Of a stretch of 64,000 bases of DNA, positions 1 through 14,063 are shown in pieces. The stretch is from Eledone cirrhosa. Taxonomy: Eukaryota. Within the stretch, counting starts at the first letter, position 1. The number at the start of each line of letters is the position of its first letter. Below the pieces are notes generated by a model. That model was not told the origin of the DNA. It saw nothing but the letters and a program-made list of their open reading frames with translations, and ran no database searches. The stretch lies in contig OZ024741.1 of NCBI GenBank assembly GCA_964016885.1, positions 176,204,001 through 176,268,000 of the forward strand, written 5' to 3'. The position numbers and the translations under genes are program-made.

Positions 1-892
1 TTTGTTTTTGTCTATCCTGTTTGTACTCCCATAATCAGAGTTTATTCTCACTTAATTTTAATATATATATATGTCCCTGTGTGTGTGTATGTGTGTATTA
101 TCTTATTTCGCTGTATGAATGAAACCATTGCAACAATGAGTGTTCCTTTCGCCTGAATTAAAGTTTTCACTGTGATCAGACCATGAATCTAAGTGCTAAC
201 AACGTATTCCGGTTTGCGTTTTGATCGCCACCTTATTCCAAACTGGACACCATCCAGTCTACAACATATCGATTGCTATACCAGTCACATGTAACATTAT
301 CCCACCACCTTCTGAGACCACCAATAATATCTATACATTTCATACTTTCAAAATAAATATTTTAACATAGACGAAATCCAATTTTAGAATTCAACAAAAG
401 GACACTTTGTATCTCTAGTAATCAATATATTTGACTGGAATATAGGAGATAGGAGAATATATAGTTACGGCTAATGGATTGTGAGAGACGACTTGTAAGT
501 TCATTTCTATATACGTCAGTGGAAAATGGAAATAGGTATATGTGTAAATGGTTTAATGCATTTGCGCACACTATTTTATTATTTTATTCTCACTCTATGG
601 TAGAATATCTGGCATGGGTTAGATAATTCTACTATAGATGTTAGTCTTTATGTTCTTTATATCTGTCTTTCCTTTGTTTGTTCCTGGATTTTTTCGTTGA
701 TTTACTTTATTGCATATATTTGTCGTATTTGTATAATATGTAAAACAGGTGCTTTACAGCTGAATACCTTTCTGCTAGCATCATTCAACTGTTAAGTAAC
801 AAAGACACATACAACAATATACACATGCATGAATACACAGATGAATACTTATATATCTCACCATCTCTTTCTCCCCTCTCTCTCGTCTCTCC

Positions 893-1361
<469 letters not shown>

Positions 1362-4300
1362 GGTGTCTGTATGATGCTCTGGATAGAGGTAGCGCACCTA
1401 ATGACTGGAATAATGATTTATCAGTCATTCTTATCCATATACTACCTCCTTCACCTGTGGCTTTCACCACACGATCTCGTTCACCTCCATCAACTGTAAA
1501 AAATAACCAGGTTTTCCTGTAGATATTACAGAGCACCATTGGGGAAATGACTTTCGTAACCTCGATAAAACATGAATCAATGAAACAATTCCCTCTCTGT
1601 AACGTCCTCGTGTTGATGACCAAGGCAATCCCCCTAGCTCACGGAACTACATTGTCGGCTGAAAGAAGTGTGACCTCTCTTAGATTTACATATTGATTAC
1701 ACCAAAAAGTAACTCTGCGTCGGATAGGTAGAAGAATGGTTTAATAAGTGCGTCATCCGTCCCTCATACCGGTATGAATATGATTAGTGTGCTCCTTGTG
1801 ATTTGAAAAACATTTGTGGGTCAGGAAATATCACTGTTGCCATATATAAGAGAGTACAGAGAATAAAATTGGGCAGATAATCTTATAACGTATTAGAGGT
1901 ATAAACAGATAGTGAATGATACAGAAATGATAAGGAGAAATGCGTATATGTTATTGAAATTCAGTGAAACAGACTGGCAAAGGAAGCCGGAATGTGGAGG
2001 AAGATTGCGATTTAGAGGAAAAGATAGAGATAGAGAGGAAGAAAAATGATGGTTTCTAATTTCAGCTCAAGACCAATGATTTGTGACTGGGAAAACCGAT
2101 TGAAGTTTGGTATAACGACCCATAAACGCAGGATTTGAACAGAGAACGTGAAGTCAGAATAATACCTCAAAATATTATGCTCGGCCTTCTATCGAACATG
2201 CCACTCAGTCGCCCATAACGATAGAACAAAATAAATCAATACATCAGTGTAATCAGGCAGAAATGTGAAAAAAGTAAAAAAAGTGTAGGAATAACATTTT
2301 AAATATACAAGAGTTAAGTACAAGTGCAAAAAAGAAATTCTCATATCTAGAGAATGTGATTGGCGTCGAACTTCTGATGATAGATGGAGACTATCAAGCA
2401 AAGAAGCCAGTGCTCTACGGGAACTGAAGGGAAGGATCACAAAGATGAGAACGGAAAACAGAAGAAGCAGCGGAAAGTGTTATTTTCCTGATTATCAACT
2501 GAGACCTATCAAATCCCCGACTATATATATATATATACATGTAAACATTTCATATTCATGTATTTTGTTGTAGACTGATATAATAAAGAACAGGTTTAAT
2601 TCATTTTCAATTGGGATCTCACCAGGGGTGTTTACATCTTTGATAAGCATCAGAGAAATATGTCTTTATAAAGCCTAATAAATGTAGTTTTTAGCAACAG
2701 TGAAATGGCGCATCTAATTCGCATAATATTTGTGTTTATGTAGGTAACTAATATCACCATGCATCAGACTGTAAACTAAGCAGCAGAAATATCATATAAA
2801 TACATATCTGTACAGATAGAGTTCGATGTTCCTTTCTCACCTCCTTTATCTCGATTGTTCCATCTCCCTCTCTGGAAGAAATCGGATGTGTTTAGCCCTG
2901 GAGAGTAGATGACATCCGCCAGGTTCAAAGTGCCTATCACACGCTGTATCTCACGACGTTGATCATAAGACTCCATCAAAAGTTACCGATCAATACATTC
3001 ATTTAAAGAACACGATTAACTAAGACTGCCTGACTGTATTTCACATATATACATTGAGTATATAGTAATGCAATTATATCGTATTTGCCTATTTCCTCGT
3101 AGATTGAAAAAAAAATGCTGGAAAGCTTTTTCAATCTAATAGCAAATCCGTAAATATGTGCCTTACTCCGAATTCAATGTTTTGCATGTACTAGAAACAA
3201 TGTGGATTAATGTGTCAGTCCTCTACACTTGTATTAGTGCGAAAAATATAATCTTCTTTAACACTTTTTATTCAATTCATCCATGTTCAACTCTTCAGTA
3301 AAGGGATCAATGACGTTTACTGCATTTGTAGACCCCACCCAACATATCTTTTGGAAAAAGAGGAAAAGTGCAACATGGTGTATAGGAAGTAAACAGGTTT
3401 TAATCAGTGCTTCAACTCGCATCGGGATCGGAATTTGTAGGGTGTCAACGGGAGACAGAAGAAACTTGTTGGTGTTTAATGATTACTATAATAGCCGTTC
3501 ACCAATAGCGAATAAATGGGGTCTATTCAGACAAAATACATACACACACACAAACACACATACATAAACACAGGTATACATGGTTAAGTTTTTAAATGTT
3601 GAAATCGGAAGTCTATTCATCCTATTTAGTATTTATGATACGATTTCGCTTTACTTAAACACATAATAAGTACATTTGAATAGTATTTAAAAAAAGTTAT
3701 TCTGAAGTTTGTTTGTTCTTTAAATCACATTATACATTTATTTCTAGTTTACTGTGTTTTTAAATATATCATTTGATGATAAAATAGAAAAGAGGAAACA
3801 TATGTAATATATAAATCAGTATTTCATAGTAAAACTTAGTGATGATTTTCATTCGATACTGTAGTAAGCAGAACAATTGTCTCAGTTAACTTTGATCAAA
3901 CTTATGTAATAGAAATCGTACAAAACCTCATTTCCTTCTTCATTCGTTCCTTTAAAAAAATGATAAAAAATATATTGTTAATAGTATAAACGTATACAGA
4001 GCACATACATATAGTTTCCCCCACTTCATAAAAGCAAGATCAGTCGAATACGTAAATATCTAGAGAATACACACATATTCACATACTAACAAACGTACAC
4101 TCATATATATATATATATGAATAGATAAACGATCACTCAACTATTGACTATAGACTTCAACTCAAAGAGAGAAACTTTGTCACCTTTTTAATGACTGGAT
4201 TCAAACAAGCGAAATAGAGTTTAAGTAGATATAAAGGAAAGTATAAATTCGTGTAGACATTCGAAATAGTTATGCTGCCTACTAGCATATGCAAACAAGT

Positions 4301-4482
4301 CTCTATCAACACACACACGTTTTTGTTCATAAAACGTTTATTATCCCGTACTTTATATTCATAGTTACACGCACACCTATTAAAAATATAGACACGAAAA
4401 TGTACACACACTTCGTGAATTATTAAATAATTGGATTAGAACCATCCCATATATATATATGTGTGTGTGTGCGTGTGTGAGA

Positions 4483-4515
4483 GAGAGAGGGGGGGGGAGA
4501 AAGAAAGAGAGAGAA

Positions 4516-4594
<79 letters not shown>
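4483..4594. repeat. (GA)n microsatellite
   Basis: Direct run. Confidence 0.97.
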
Positions 4595-4598
<4 letters not shown>

Positions 4599-5380
4599 AG
4601 AGCGTGTGTGTGCCAGATTTGTTTCGCGTGCTACTAATAATTTACAATCCAAAGGCAACCTGTTGTATCGTCAAGCCGTTGTGACTAAACCGGCACCCCA
4701 CCAAGACTTCGTGATGAGAAGGGTGATTCTTGGACACACTGCGTGTTAAAAAACAAAGAAAACCAGTCAGCTTCTAACCAATAAACACTGTATTCATGTT
4801 TGCTGTCCTTCCGCACGGGATGTTAAATCCTTAGCCGACGCTGTACCATAGAGGCTAACATTTGCGAGAATAAAACACGAGGATTATTTTACAAGGGGCA
4901 CTGTGGTACACATGTACCCTGATCCTTTGCTGTCAGTAGATTCAAAAAGTGTGGCTGGTCCTTCGTAACCCTTTATTACTTTAAGCAAATCATCACTGTA
5001 GTATCGCATCAGCATAGCAGTCAGTTCTACACTATATCAACCACAAAAGGATCCACTGATGAGAAAGTAAAGGAGAAGAGGACAGGTAAAGGATATTACT
5101 GGATGTCCCTGGCTGATAATGTACACAGAGATGAGAATTTGGGATGACGTTATAGCGCGTACCAGTGAGCAATTGTGCTGTATTTGGCACCCAAACGTGA
5201 CAAGGCAGATCTATCTAGACATCGCAATATTTTCCCAAAGGAAATGAGCCTTAAACAATAAGTGCTTAATTCTCAAACTTGATACCTGCTGCAAACAATT
5301 TAGTTATATAATAACGCATCCACAACTGACGAAGATTAAACCTCTGGACACGCATACGTGGAGTTCAACTGGAAATTTCA

Positions 5381-5479
<99 letters not shown>

Positions 5480-5500
5480 CGTACACACATACACGCACGT
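5381..5500. repeat. (CA)n microsatellite
   Basis: Direct run. Confidence 0.97.
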
Positions 5501-5637
5501 ATATATAAATGTAATCTGAGTTTTTCGAATATTAATAATAATATTCGATTCGTTGGCAATTATGTACACAAGCCTCTTTTAAGCCATGTCAGTAGAATGA
5601 GCACCTCATTCTTGCTCTTGTGTTGGGATGTAAACAT

Positions 5638-5686
5638 AACTGCAGACACTAATGTTTCTGGGTGACTACCCTTCATCGGTGCAGTT
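5638..5686 (-). ncRNA. Minimal type I hammerhead ribozyme-like motif (variant core CCGAUGA)
   Basis: Minus strand: aactgca-ccgatga-a-ggg tagtca ccc-a-gaa-acattagtgt-c-tgcagtt. Confidence 0.7.
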
Positions 5687-6154
5687 CACTGTTTACCTGC
5701 CAACTGCCAGCGCTAGTGAAAATATATGATATTTTCGATTGGTTTGCAATTATGCCAACAAGAGAGCAAGAATTAGGGGCTCATTCTACTGACATTAGCT
5801 TTGAAAATGAGGCTTGTTTGCATAATTGCAAACGAATCGAATATTATTATTAATATTCGAAAAACTTAGATTACATTTATTGTATTCAGCCATGTAGAAC
5901 GATAACGTTTTTTTTTTATTTTTTTTATTTTTTTAGTTATTTGAATATGGCCAAGCCGGCCATTACTCGTTCGTATACATGAAATAACTGGCTATCTGCT
6001 TATATGCAAATCTGGCTAATCACTGGATCTGCTAATATGCAGATCTGACTGATCAGCCAGTCTGCTAATATGCACATCAGGCCGATTAGTCACTGTATAT
6101 TTTAGAAAATATCATATATTTGCACTAGCTCTAAGAGTTGGCAGATGAACAGGG

Positions 6155-6203
6155 AACTGCACCGATGAAGGGTAATCACTCAGAAACATTACTGTCTGCA
6201 GTT
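6155..6203 (+). ncRNA. Hammerhead ribozyme-like motif (variant core CCGAUGA), sister of 5638-5686
   Basis: aactgca ccgatga agggtaatcactca gaa acattactgt c tgcagtt. Confidence 0.6.
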
Positions 6204-6305
6204 CGTTTACCTGCCAACACAAGAGAAAGAATGAGGCGCTCATTCTAATGACATGGCTTAAAAGAGGGTTTTTTGAATATTGCAAACGAATCGAGTATTA
6301 TTATT

Positions 6306-6425
6306 TGAGTTCAAATCCCGCCGAGGTTAACTTTGCCTTTCATCCTTACAGGGTCGATAAAATAAAGTACCAGTAATACACTGGGATAATAGCTGGCTTG
6401 TGCCAACAGTAGAAATAATTATTAA
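6306..6425 (+). mobile_element. 5'-truncated tRNA-derived SINE
   Basis: B-box gagttcaaatcc plus body gcctttcatcctt..gggtcgataaaataaagtaccag, shared with full copies in the window. Confidence 0.85.
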
Positions 6426-6484
6426 TATTAGAACAACACAGATTACATTTATTGTATTCAGTCATGTAGAGCGATAACATTTTG

Positions 6485-6590
<106 letters not shown>

Positions 6591-6923
6591 GTGTGTGTGT
6601 GTGTGTGTATGCGTGTGTGTGTTTGCGCGCGTGTGTGTGTGTGTATATATGTGTGCGAACATATGAAAGGCCCCACAACACCTGAAGGAATCGTGGGGCA
6701 CCGTATTAACACACGGCGTTTCTTGGGCAATTTTTAAACATGACAGAGGCCAATCTGCTCCAGAGAAGGATAAAGAAATTGAGAAAAAGGAAGAAAGAAA
6801 GAGATATAGAGGAAACATCAACCACAGTACTAGGCTGGTACTTTTTTTTTTCAACGTCATGTCACTTTGACGAAAGGGAAAAAAAAGAAAAAAACAGAAA
6901 CTCTCTCTCTCTCTTTCTCTCTC

Positions 6924-6982
<59 letters not shown>

Positions 6983-7347
6983 TTTTTGTTGAGTTATTTC
7001 GGAATGTTTTGACTTTGTTTCGTGTAAACTGCTTTTTCCTCTCCTCCCGCCATCACTAGCTTGTGTTCACGTGTGTTTTGTTATTTCATTTCTACACGCT
7101 GTCACTTGCCTTAACTCCAAGACCGAGATCTTCAGATGTTGTCCTCATCTGAAATCACATCTACTCTGTAAATGGATTGACATTCCTACCATGACTCAAC
7201 CACCTTGAACTCATTACGCCTTACATCTATTACGACTATTATTAATCGCTGCACTCACATTCTGTACCCATATATTCTTTTCCTCCCTCATCTCCTCTTA
7301 TATTTATATTTATATATATTTTTTTCCTATGTTATTTATTTTTCCTA

Positions 7348-7396
7348 TGTATAAAGGGTAAGGTAGAAGGCTACCTTCTACCTTACCCTTTATACA
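7348..7396. repeat. Perfect 23-bp inverted repeat with 3-nt loop
   Basis: tgtataaagggtaaggtagaagg cta ccttctaccttaccctttataca. Confidence 0.9.
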
Positions 7397-7847
7397 CCCA
7401 CCTTTTTCATATAAATATCTTTATTTTTGTGTGTATGTATCTATATGTATGTATGTGTTTGTATGTATGTGTATATATGTGTGTATGTATATGTATATAT
7501 ATATATGTATATTTATTTATGTATTTGTATATCTATATATATATATGTGTGCTTTTGTGAGTGTGTATTTAATGTGCGCGTGAATATGCACGTTTTGTTT
7601 ATATGCTTGTATGTATGCATATTTATATATATATATTTATATATATATCTCCTACCCACCACAGGAAGATATGTGTATGTATATTGCTTCCACCCCCTCA
7701 TTGCTAAATCTGACCTTTATAAAATAACCCATACCCCAAATAACTTCTCATTCACTACCAGAAAGGGACACAGCAGTCAACCTGTTGTTGCTACCTAGAT
7801 GAAAACTACTATGAAATCCCACAATGAATTTTATACTTGAATTTTCA

Positions 7848-10083
7848 AATCTCAAATTTTAACTCTTCGTATTATTAATTTTTCTTAATATTAATCAACA
7901 TTTGAAAAGATGGCTTTTGCAGACCCATCGAAACCGGTCATTTTTTATACCCTCTATTATTTCCTTACCTTATAAAATTATATGTTTTTTCACAAAAAGT
8001 ATTCTGTCTCTTATATATTCCATGTGCCATTACCAACCTCAATTTTCTCTCTCTCTATATATATATATAAATACGTAAATATGATAATAAGGGCGCTGCG
8101 GAGTTGCAAATGGGTTACATATGAAAAAAGTTTGTCCTTCATCAGTGATCTTCCAACTATCATAGGCATTTCATCGCTTTAAAGACCATATACCTCAGGT
8201 TGGTGCAAGCAACGGCTAGAAAAAGTCGTTGGGACACGTAAATAAAGGGGACGCGAGGGCAAACAAACAAAATGGTGAAGCAACAGAAAGTGAGGAAGAA
8301 GGAGACAAGTCCCAGATTTCTATGAATTTAAGTTCGGTGAAATCGTGAACGAGAGAATAAAGACCATCAAACCTGGTTGAAATGTGAGCAAGGAAGGGAT
8401 TTCGCACAGGTCTAACGGGAGGAAGAAGGGGTCTGGTCTGCGAATTCGGTAAACATAAGTTCTGTGAAATCGTAGACGAGAGAGAAAAATATTCCGACCA
8501 GCTTGGCCGAGAATGTGAGAGAAAAGAATTACTCACAGGTCAAACGGGAAGAAAGAGGAGGAGGAGAGGTAGTGACAGAGAATGAGTGAGTGAGGGGTGA
8601 GGAAGAGGCTAACAGAGAGAGGGAGTGCTAGAAAGGGTAAAGATACATAGAACGAAAAAGACGGTGTAGCAGCAGAGGAAAAAATATGCGTAAATATGAT
8701 AATAAGGGCGCTGCGGAGTTGCAAATGGGTTACATATGAAAAAAGTTTGTCCTTCATCAGTGATCTTCCAACTATCATAGGCATTTCATCGCTTTAAAGA
8801 CCATATACCTCCGGTTGGTGCGAGCAACGGCTAAAAAAATCCGTTGGGACACGTAAATAAAGGGGACGCGAGGGTAAACAAATAAAATGGTGAAGCAACA
8901 GAAAGTGACGAAGAAGGAGACAAGTCCCAGATTTCTATGAATTTAAGTTCGGTGAAATCGTGAACGAGAGAATAAAGACCATCAAACCTGGTTGAAATGT
9001 GAGCAAGGAAGGAATTTCGCACAGGTCTAACGGGAAGAAAAAGGTGTCTGGTCTGCGAATTCGGTAAACATATGTTCTGTGAAATCGTAGACGAGAAAGA
9101 AAAAAAATTCCGACCAGCTTGGCCGAGAATGTCAGAGAAAAGAATTACTCACAGGTCAAACGGAAGATCACTGATGAAGGACAAACTTTTTTCATATGTA
9201 ACCCATTTGCAACTCCGCAGCGCCCTTATTATCATATTTACGCATATTTTTTCCTCTGCTGCTACACCGTCTTTTTCGTTCTATGTATCTTTACCCTTTC
9301 TAGCACTCCCTCTCTCTGTTAGCCTCTTCCTCACCCCTCACTCACTCATTCTCTGTCACTACCTCTCCTCCTCCTCTTTCTTCCCGTTTGACCTGTGAGT
9401 AATTCTTTTCTCTCACATTCTCGGCCAAGCTGGTCGGAATATTTTTCTCTCTCGTCTACGATTTCACAGAACTTATGTTTACCGAATTCGCAGACCAGAC
9501 CCCTTCTTCCTCCCGTTAGACCTGTGCGAAATCCCTTCCTTGCTCACATTTCAACCAGGTTTGATGGTCTTTATTCTCTCGTTCACGATTTCACCGAACT
9601 TAAATTCATAGAAATCTGGGACTTGTCTCCTTCTTCCTCACTTTCTGTTGCTTCACCATTTTGTTTGTTTACCCTCGCGTCCCCTTTATTTACGTGTCCC
9701 AACGACTTTTTCTAGCCGTTGCTTGCACCAACCTGAGGTATATGGTCTTTAAAGCGATGAAATGCCTATGATAGTTGGAAGATCACTGATGAAGGACAAA
9801 CTTTTTTCATATGTAACCCATTTGCAACTCCGCAGCGCCCTTATTATCATATTTACGTATATATATATATATAGAGAGAGAGAGAAAATTGAGGTTGGTA
9901 ATGGCACATGGAATATATAAGAGACAGAATACTTTTTGTGAAAAAACATATAATTTTATAAGGTAAGGAAATAATAGAGGGTATAAAAAATGATCGGTTT
10001 CGATGGGTCTGCAAAAGCCATCTTTTCAAATGTTGATTAATATTAAGAAAAATTAATAATACGAAGAGTTAAAATTTGAGATA
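7848..10083. repeat. Large inverted repeat (arms about 7848-8769 and 9161-10083) built on a 615-bp tandem unit
   Basis: Unit starts at 8075 and again at 8690; the ORF track shows near-identical peptides on opposite strands (8216-8536 vs 9395-9715; 7982-8182 vs 9749-9949). Confidence 0.93.
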
Positions 10084-10112
10084 TGATAGTTGGAAGATCA
10101 CTGATGAAGGAC

Positions 10113-11473
10113 ATCTAACGATTCGGCGGAAATAACTGATATTGTGGGGTTATTTATCGCCTTTAGACTCCAGGAAAAATTCAGCAATCTCCACGGCGGA
10201 ATATACCGCGACGATGTTCTCCTCCTAGCTAAAAACCTTAATAACCAAAAACTAGAAAAACTACGCAAAGATATAAGAAAACTACTACTCGAAATAGGAC
10301 TAACTATAACATATGAATACAACCTTAAAGTAGTTAACTTCCTGGATGTCACACTCAATTTAAACTCTGGTTTGATTAAACCGTTTCATAAATTGAATGA
10401 AAATCTCAAATACGTAAATGTTGGGTCTAACCACCCCATCTCTATAATTAAATCTATCCCTAAAAATATTTCCCTTAGAATCTCGGGTCTATCTTCTAAC
10501 ATACAAGTATTTAAGGAACACGCCGAGTACTACGATAACGCCCTTAGTAAAGCAGGCTACCTCAACAAAATAGAGTACATAGATGGGAACAATCAAAACA
10601 CCCAAAATAAATCCCACATAGGTATATATAATAACACAACACCAAACCACACTTACTACCATAGTATGCACACCAGTAAACCAACAAACAAAACTAATAG
10701 AAAGCGATGCAAAGAGTACTTATGGTATAACCCCGAATACAATAGTTCCATTAGTACAAATTTACCAGTACTCTTCTTTAAAATAATTAAAAGACATTTT
10801 CCCACATCACACAAATACCACAAAATCCTAAACCCTACCACTATAAGACTGTCATACTCTACAGCGTTAAACCTTGAACAACACATAAAAAAGATCAATA
10901 CTAGAAGGTTAAACGAAAACACTAAGAACTTAAGTACAAAGAACACAAAAAAAAACAGTAGCCAATACACAACAGAACATAAATAAACCACACCTAAGTT
11001 CGTCCGCAATACTACTCCAGAGAAAACCCAACGTACACAACTGTAACTGCACCTATCCTGACAACTGCCCCCTCGGCAATAACTGCCTGGAAAAAAATAT
11101 TATTTATAAGTGTACCATTAAATCCGGAGGCAACGAGTGGTATTACGTGGGATCAACGGCAACATCGTTTAAATCTCGATTGTATAGGCATTCTTACTCA
11201 ATAAAACACCAGAGCCAAAGAAATGTAACAACTTTAGCAGAAAAAGCTTGGACGCTTAGGGATAGCGAACAAAAGTTTACCCTAAAATGGGAAAAATTAG
11301 CTAAAACCCAAAGCTTTTCCAGGAGCCAAAATTTCTGCAAATTGTGTAATCTTGAAATTTATTACATAATCACACACAAGATGAAACTGCTGAATAACAG
11401 AATTGAACGAACATTATTCTGCCGTCACAGAACTAAAACCCTTTTTTCCCACTACAAGCCGAATATTACATAA
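10113..11473 (+). pseudogene. PLE reverse transcriptase/GIY-YIG ORF, 5'-truncated, frameshifted near 10950-10990
   Basis: ORFs 10144-10986 (RT/thumb) and 11147-11473 (GIY-YIG) are in different frames. Confidence 0.88.
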
Positions 11474-11740
11474 AAGAGGGACATCCCCCAACTATATAAA
11501 CCTTAATCTAGTTAGAAAAATATAAAAACAATCTCTTCTCAACATATATTAATAATCTTAAATTACCACACTAATAATGGAAAGATATGCTGATGAGAAT
11601 AGGTACAAATATGCGATAATGAATGTGTCTAAAAACGTCCATAAGTATGTATATATATGTGAAAATGTATATAAATAAGTAAATATATATATATGTTTGA
11701 TGTGTATAGTTAGATGTAAGTGTATTCATGTATTAAAGTG

Positions 11741-11811
<71 letters not shown>

Positions 11812-12371
11812 GTATATATGTGTATATGGATGTGTATGTATGTGTATGTGTGTACACATGGACTAGAGTATGTATGTATATATGTGTGTGTCTATACGTG
11901 TGTATATAAAGATAAGTTGAGTATGAAAATGTATACACATGAGCGCGTATGTATGTACATGAATACATGTGTGTATATATATGTGTATGCATGTGTATAT
12001 ATATGTAAGTATGAATATGTGAATTGTGAGTATATGTATTTTGTAGAGGTGTGCAAATATATTTGTGAGTGAATGCGTGGGTGAAAGGATACGTACACTT
12101 GAAAGAAAAATTTAAGTCTGAATGTTAATTAAGTGCAAACACAAAACCAACCACGCATATCTTTACTATCTCTAATCCTTCTATAGATTTAGAAAAATAA
12201 CCAATAATATATTCTATAAAAAATGTCAAAACAACAGATGGGAATCTAATTACTCACTGCCACCAAGAATTCTCACTGCTATCGAAAAACCACTCCTTCA
12301 ACTATTCTTCTAACAACTTCACCCCTCCCTCCTAATATTCTCTATAAAAACTAAATAGGTCCTCAGTAATA

Positions 12372-12491
12372 TTATTCTGATGAAATGACAGTAAATAATA
12401 ACATTGAAATATTGAATGTCTGCATAACTAAAAGTTTGTAGATAGCAGCTGTTTTAGGTTATGTAACTGTTATAGAAACACGTGTCAATAA
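12372..12491 (+). ncRNA. Type I hammerhead ribozyme with extended stem II
   Basis: ttatt-ctgatga-a-atgacagt...actgttat-a-gaa-acacgtgt-c-aataa; palindromic stem III, GUC site. Confidence 0.8.
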
Positions 12492-12551
12492 ATTCCTTTC
12501 AACTAAACTGTATCCATTCAAATCTTTCTATATATATATATATATATATAC

Positions 12552-12641
<90 letters not shown>

Positions 12642-12864
12642 TTTGTGTGTGTGTGTGTATATATGTGTATGTATATATATATCTGTGTGTGTATGTATGT
12701 GTATATATATATAATTATATACAAAGATATTTAAATGTTAATGATATATTTACTCCTGGAACTTCTTGAGTGCTATACTTCAGTTATAAACATTTATAAT
12801 TTTTTATTTATATTTGTTGTATTTCCAACCCTTTGAATACCCCTTAAACTTCTTTTAATTTTAT

Positions 12865-12896
<32 letters not shown>

Positions 12897-13046
12897 GAAT
12901 AAAGCCCTTATTGTATAGCTACCCATGTCACTCTTCTTTCTTGATTTATTATATATATATATAATAATAATAAATTTGAAGACTAAAATCCAAAGAGGGC
13001 TCGATAAGGATAAATATATATCAAATATATAAGAACCGTAGAGAAA

Positions 13047-13137
13047 ATATTTATTAAAATAACAGATTAGATTTTCAGAAGATCCCGTTAAGGGTGAAAG
13101 CAGCGATTCTTTGCTTAAACTTTAATCTGTTATTTTA

Positions 13138-13145
<8 letters not shown>
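13047..13145 (+). mobile_element. About 100-bp fold-back mini-element containing an HHR-like motif (core CAGAAGA, 13072-13119)
   Basis: 23-bp inverted ends atatttattaaaataacagatta; same family at about 26775 and 63327. Confidence 0.7.
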
Positions 13146-13182
<37 letters not shown>

Positions 13183-13235
13183 TAAATTAGCGAGAATCGT
13201 ATTTCAGCTCAGGAATTAACGAAAATCAACGTCCG

Positions 13236-13313
<78 letters not shown>

Positions 13314-13475
13314 ATGTATTTGTATGTATATACTTATCTGGGTATATGTATGTATTGTATATATACTTGTCTCTATATATTTCTATGTATGTGTATGTGT
13401 ATGTATGTGTGTGTGTGTTTGTTTATGTATGTGTGTGTATATATGTATTTATGTATTTATGTGTGTGTGTATATA

Positions 13476-13581
<106 letters not shown>

Positions 13582-13815
13582 TATTTATATTGTGCTTTTG
13601 CTTACCACGTTTGTTTGTTTATTTTTATTTGTGTTATTTTTTTCCTCTTTCGTATCGCTGTCAACTTGCTAATTTTTAATATTTTTATTTTATTTCTTTA
13701 TTTTTTATTTTTTAAACTTTACTTTTATTTATTGATTTCTTGTATATGTAGTTTGTTTTTGTATGGTGATGTGACTGCACATGGTCGTTTATTCACTTTT
13801 TTATATATTTATTTA

Positions 13816-13847
<32 letters not shown>

Positions 13848-13913
13848 CATATGTCCCAAGGCTCTGATGCCATCAACACTATAAACACAGCTGGCATATC
13901 TAAGAACTGACCA

Positions 13914-13969
13914 ACTGCCTGATGAAGTCATAGCCATTCAATGGCTATCATCGAAATATATATAGCAGT
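13914..13969 (+). ncRNA. Minimal type I hammerhead ribozyme
   Basis: actgc-ctgatga-agtc-atagccatt c aatggctat-catc-gaa-atatatat-a-gcagt; related to the pLTR HHR at 51665. Confidence 0.85.
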
Positions 13970-14010
13970 GAATAAAGGATTATGAGTTCATGCAATTGAC
14001 TTATGTTTCG

Positions 14011-14063
<53 letters not shown>

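Larger units (their letters stand above)
10113..12530 (+). mobile_element. 5'-truncated Penelope-like retroelement (RT + C-terminal GIY-YIG endonuclease, 3' UTR with HHR)
   Basis: GGIYRDD, VNFLDVTLNL, SNHP, LWYNP, CNC..CPL..CL, YYVGST..FKSR..H, CKLC and FCRH motifs; HHR at 12372-12491. Confidence 0.92.

Noticed and set aside
2200-5360. Possible host exons or RTE remnants (about 2340-2480 and 4700-5360)
   Set aside because: Only faint RTE-like word matches; too degraded to call, and no splice-consistent exon chain
8216-9715. Duplicated ~106-aa ORFs on both strands as paralogous genes
   Set aside because: Arise from the inverted repeat; non-ATG starts and no recognisable domain
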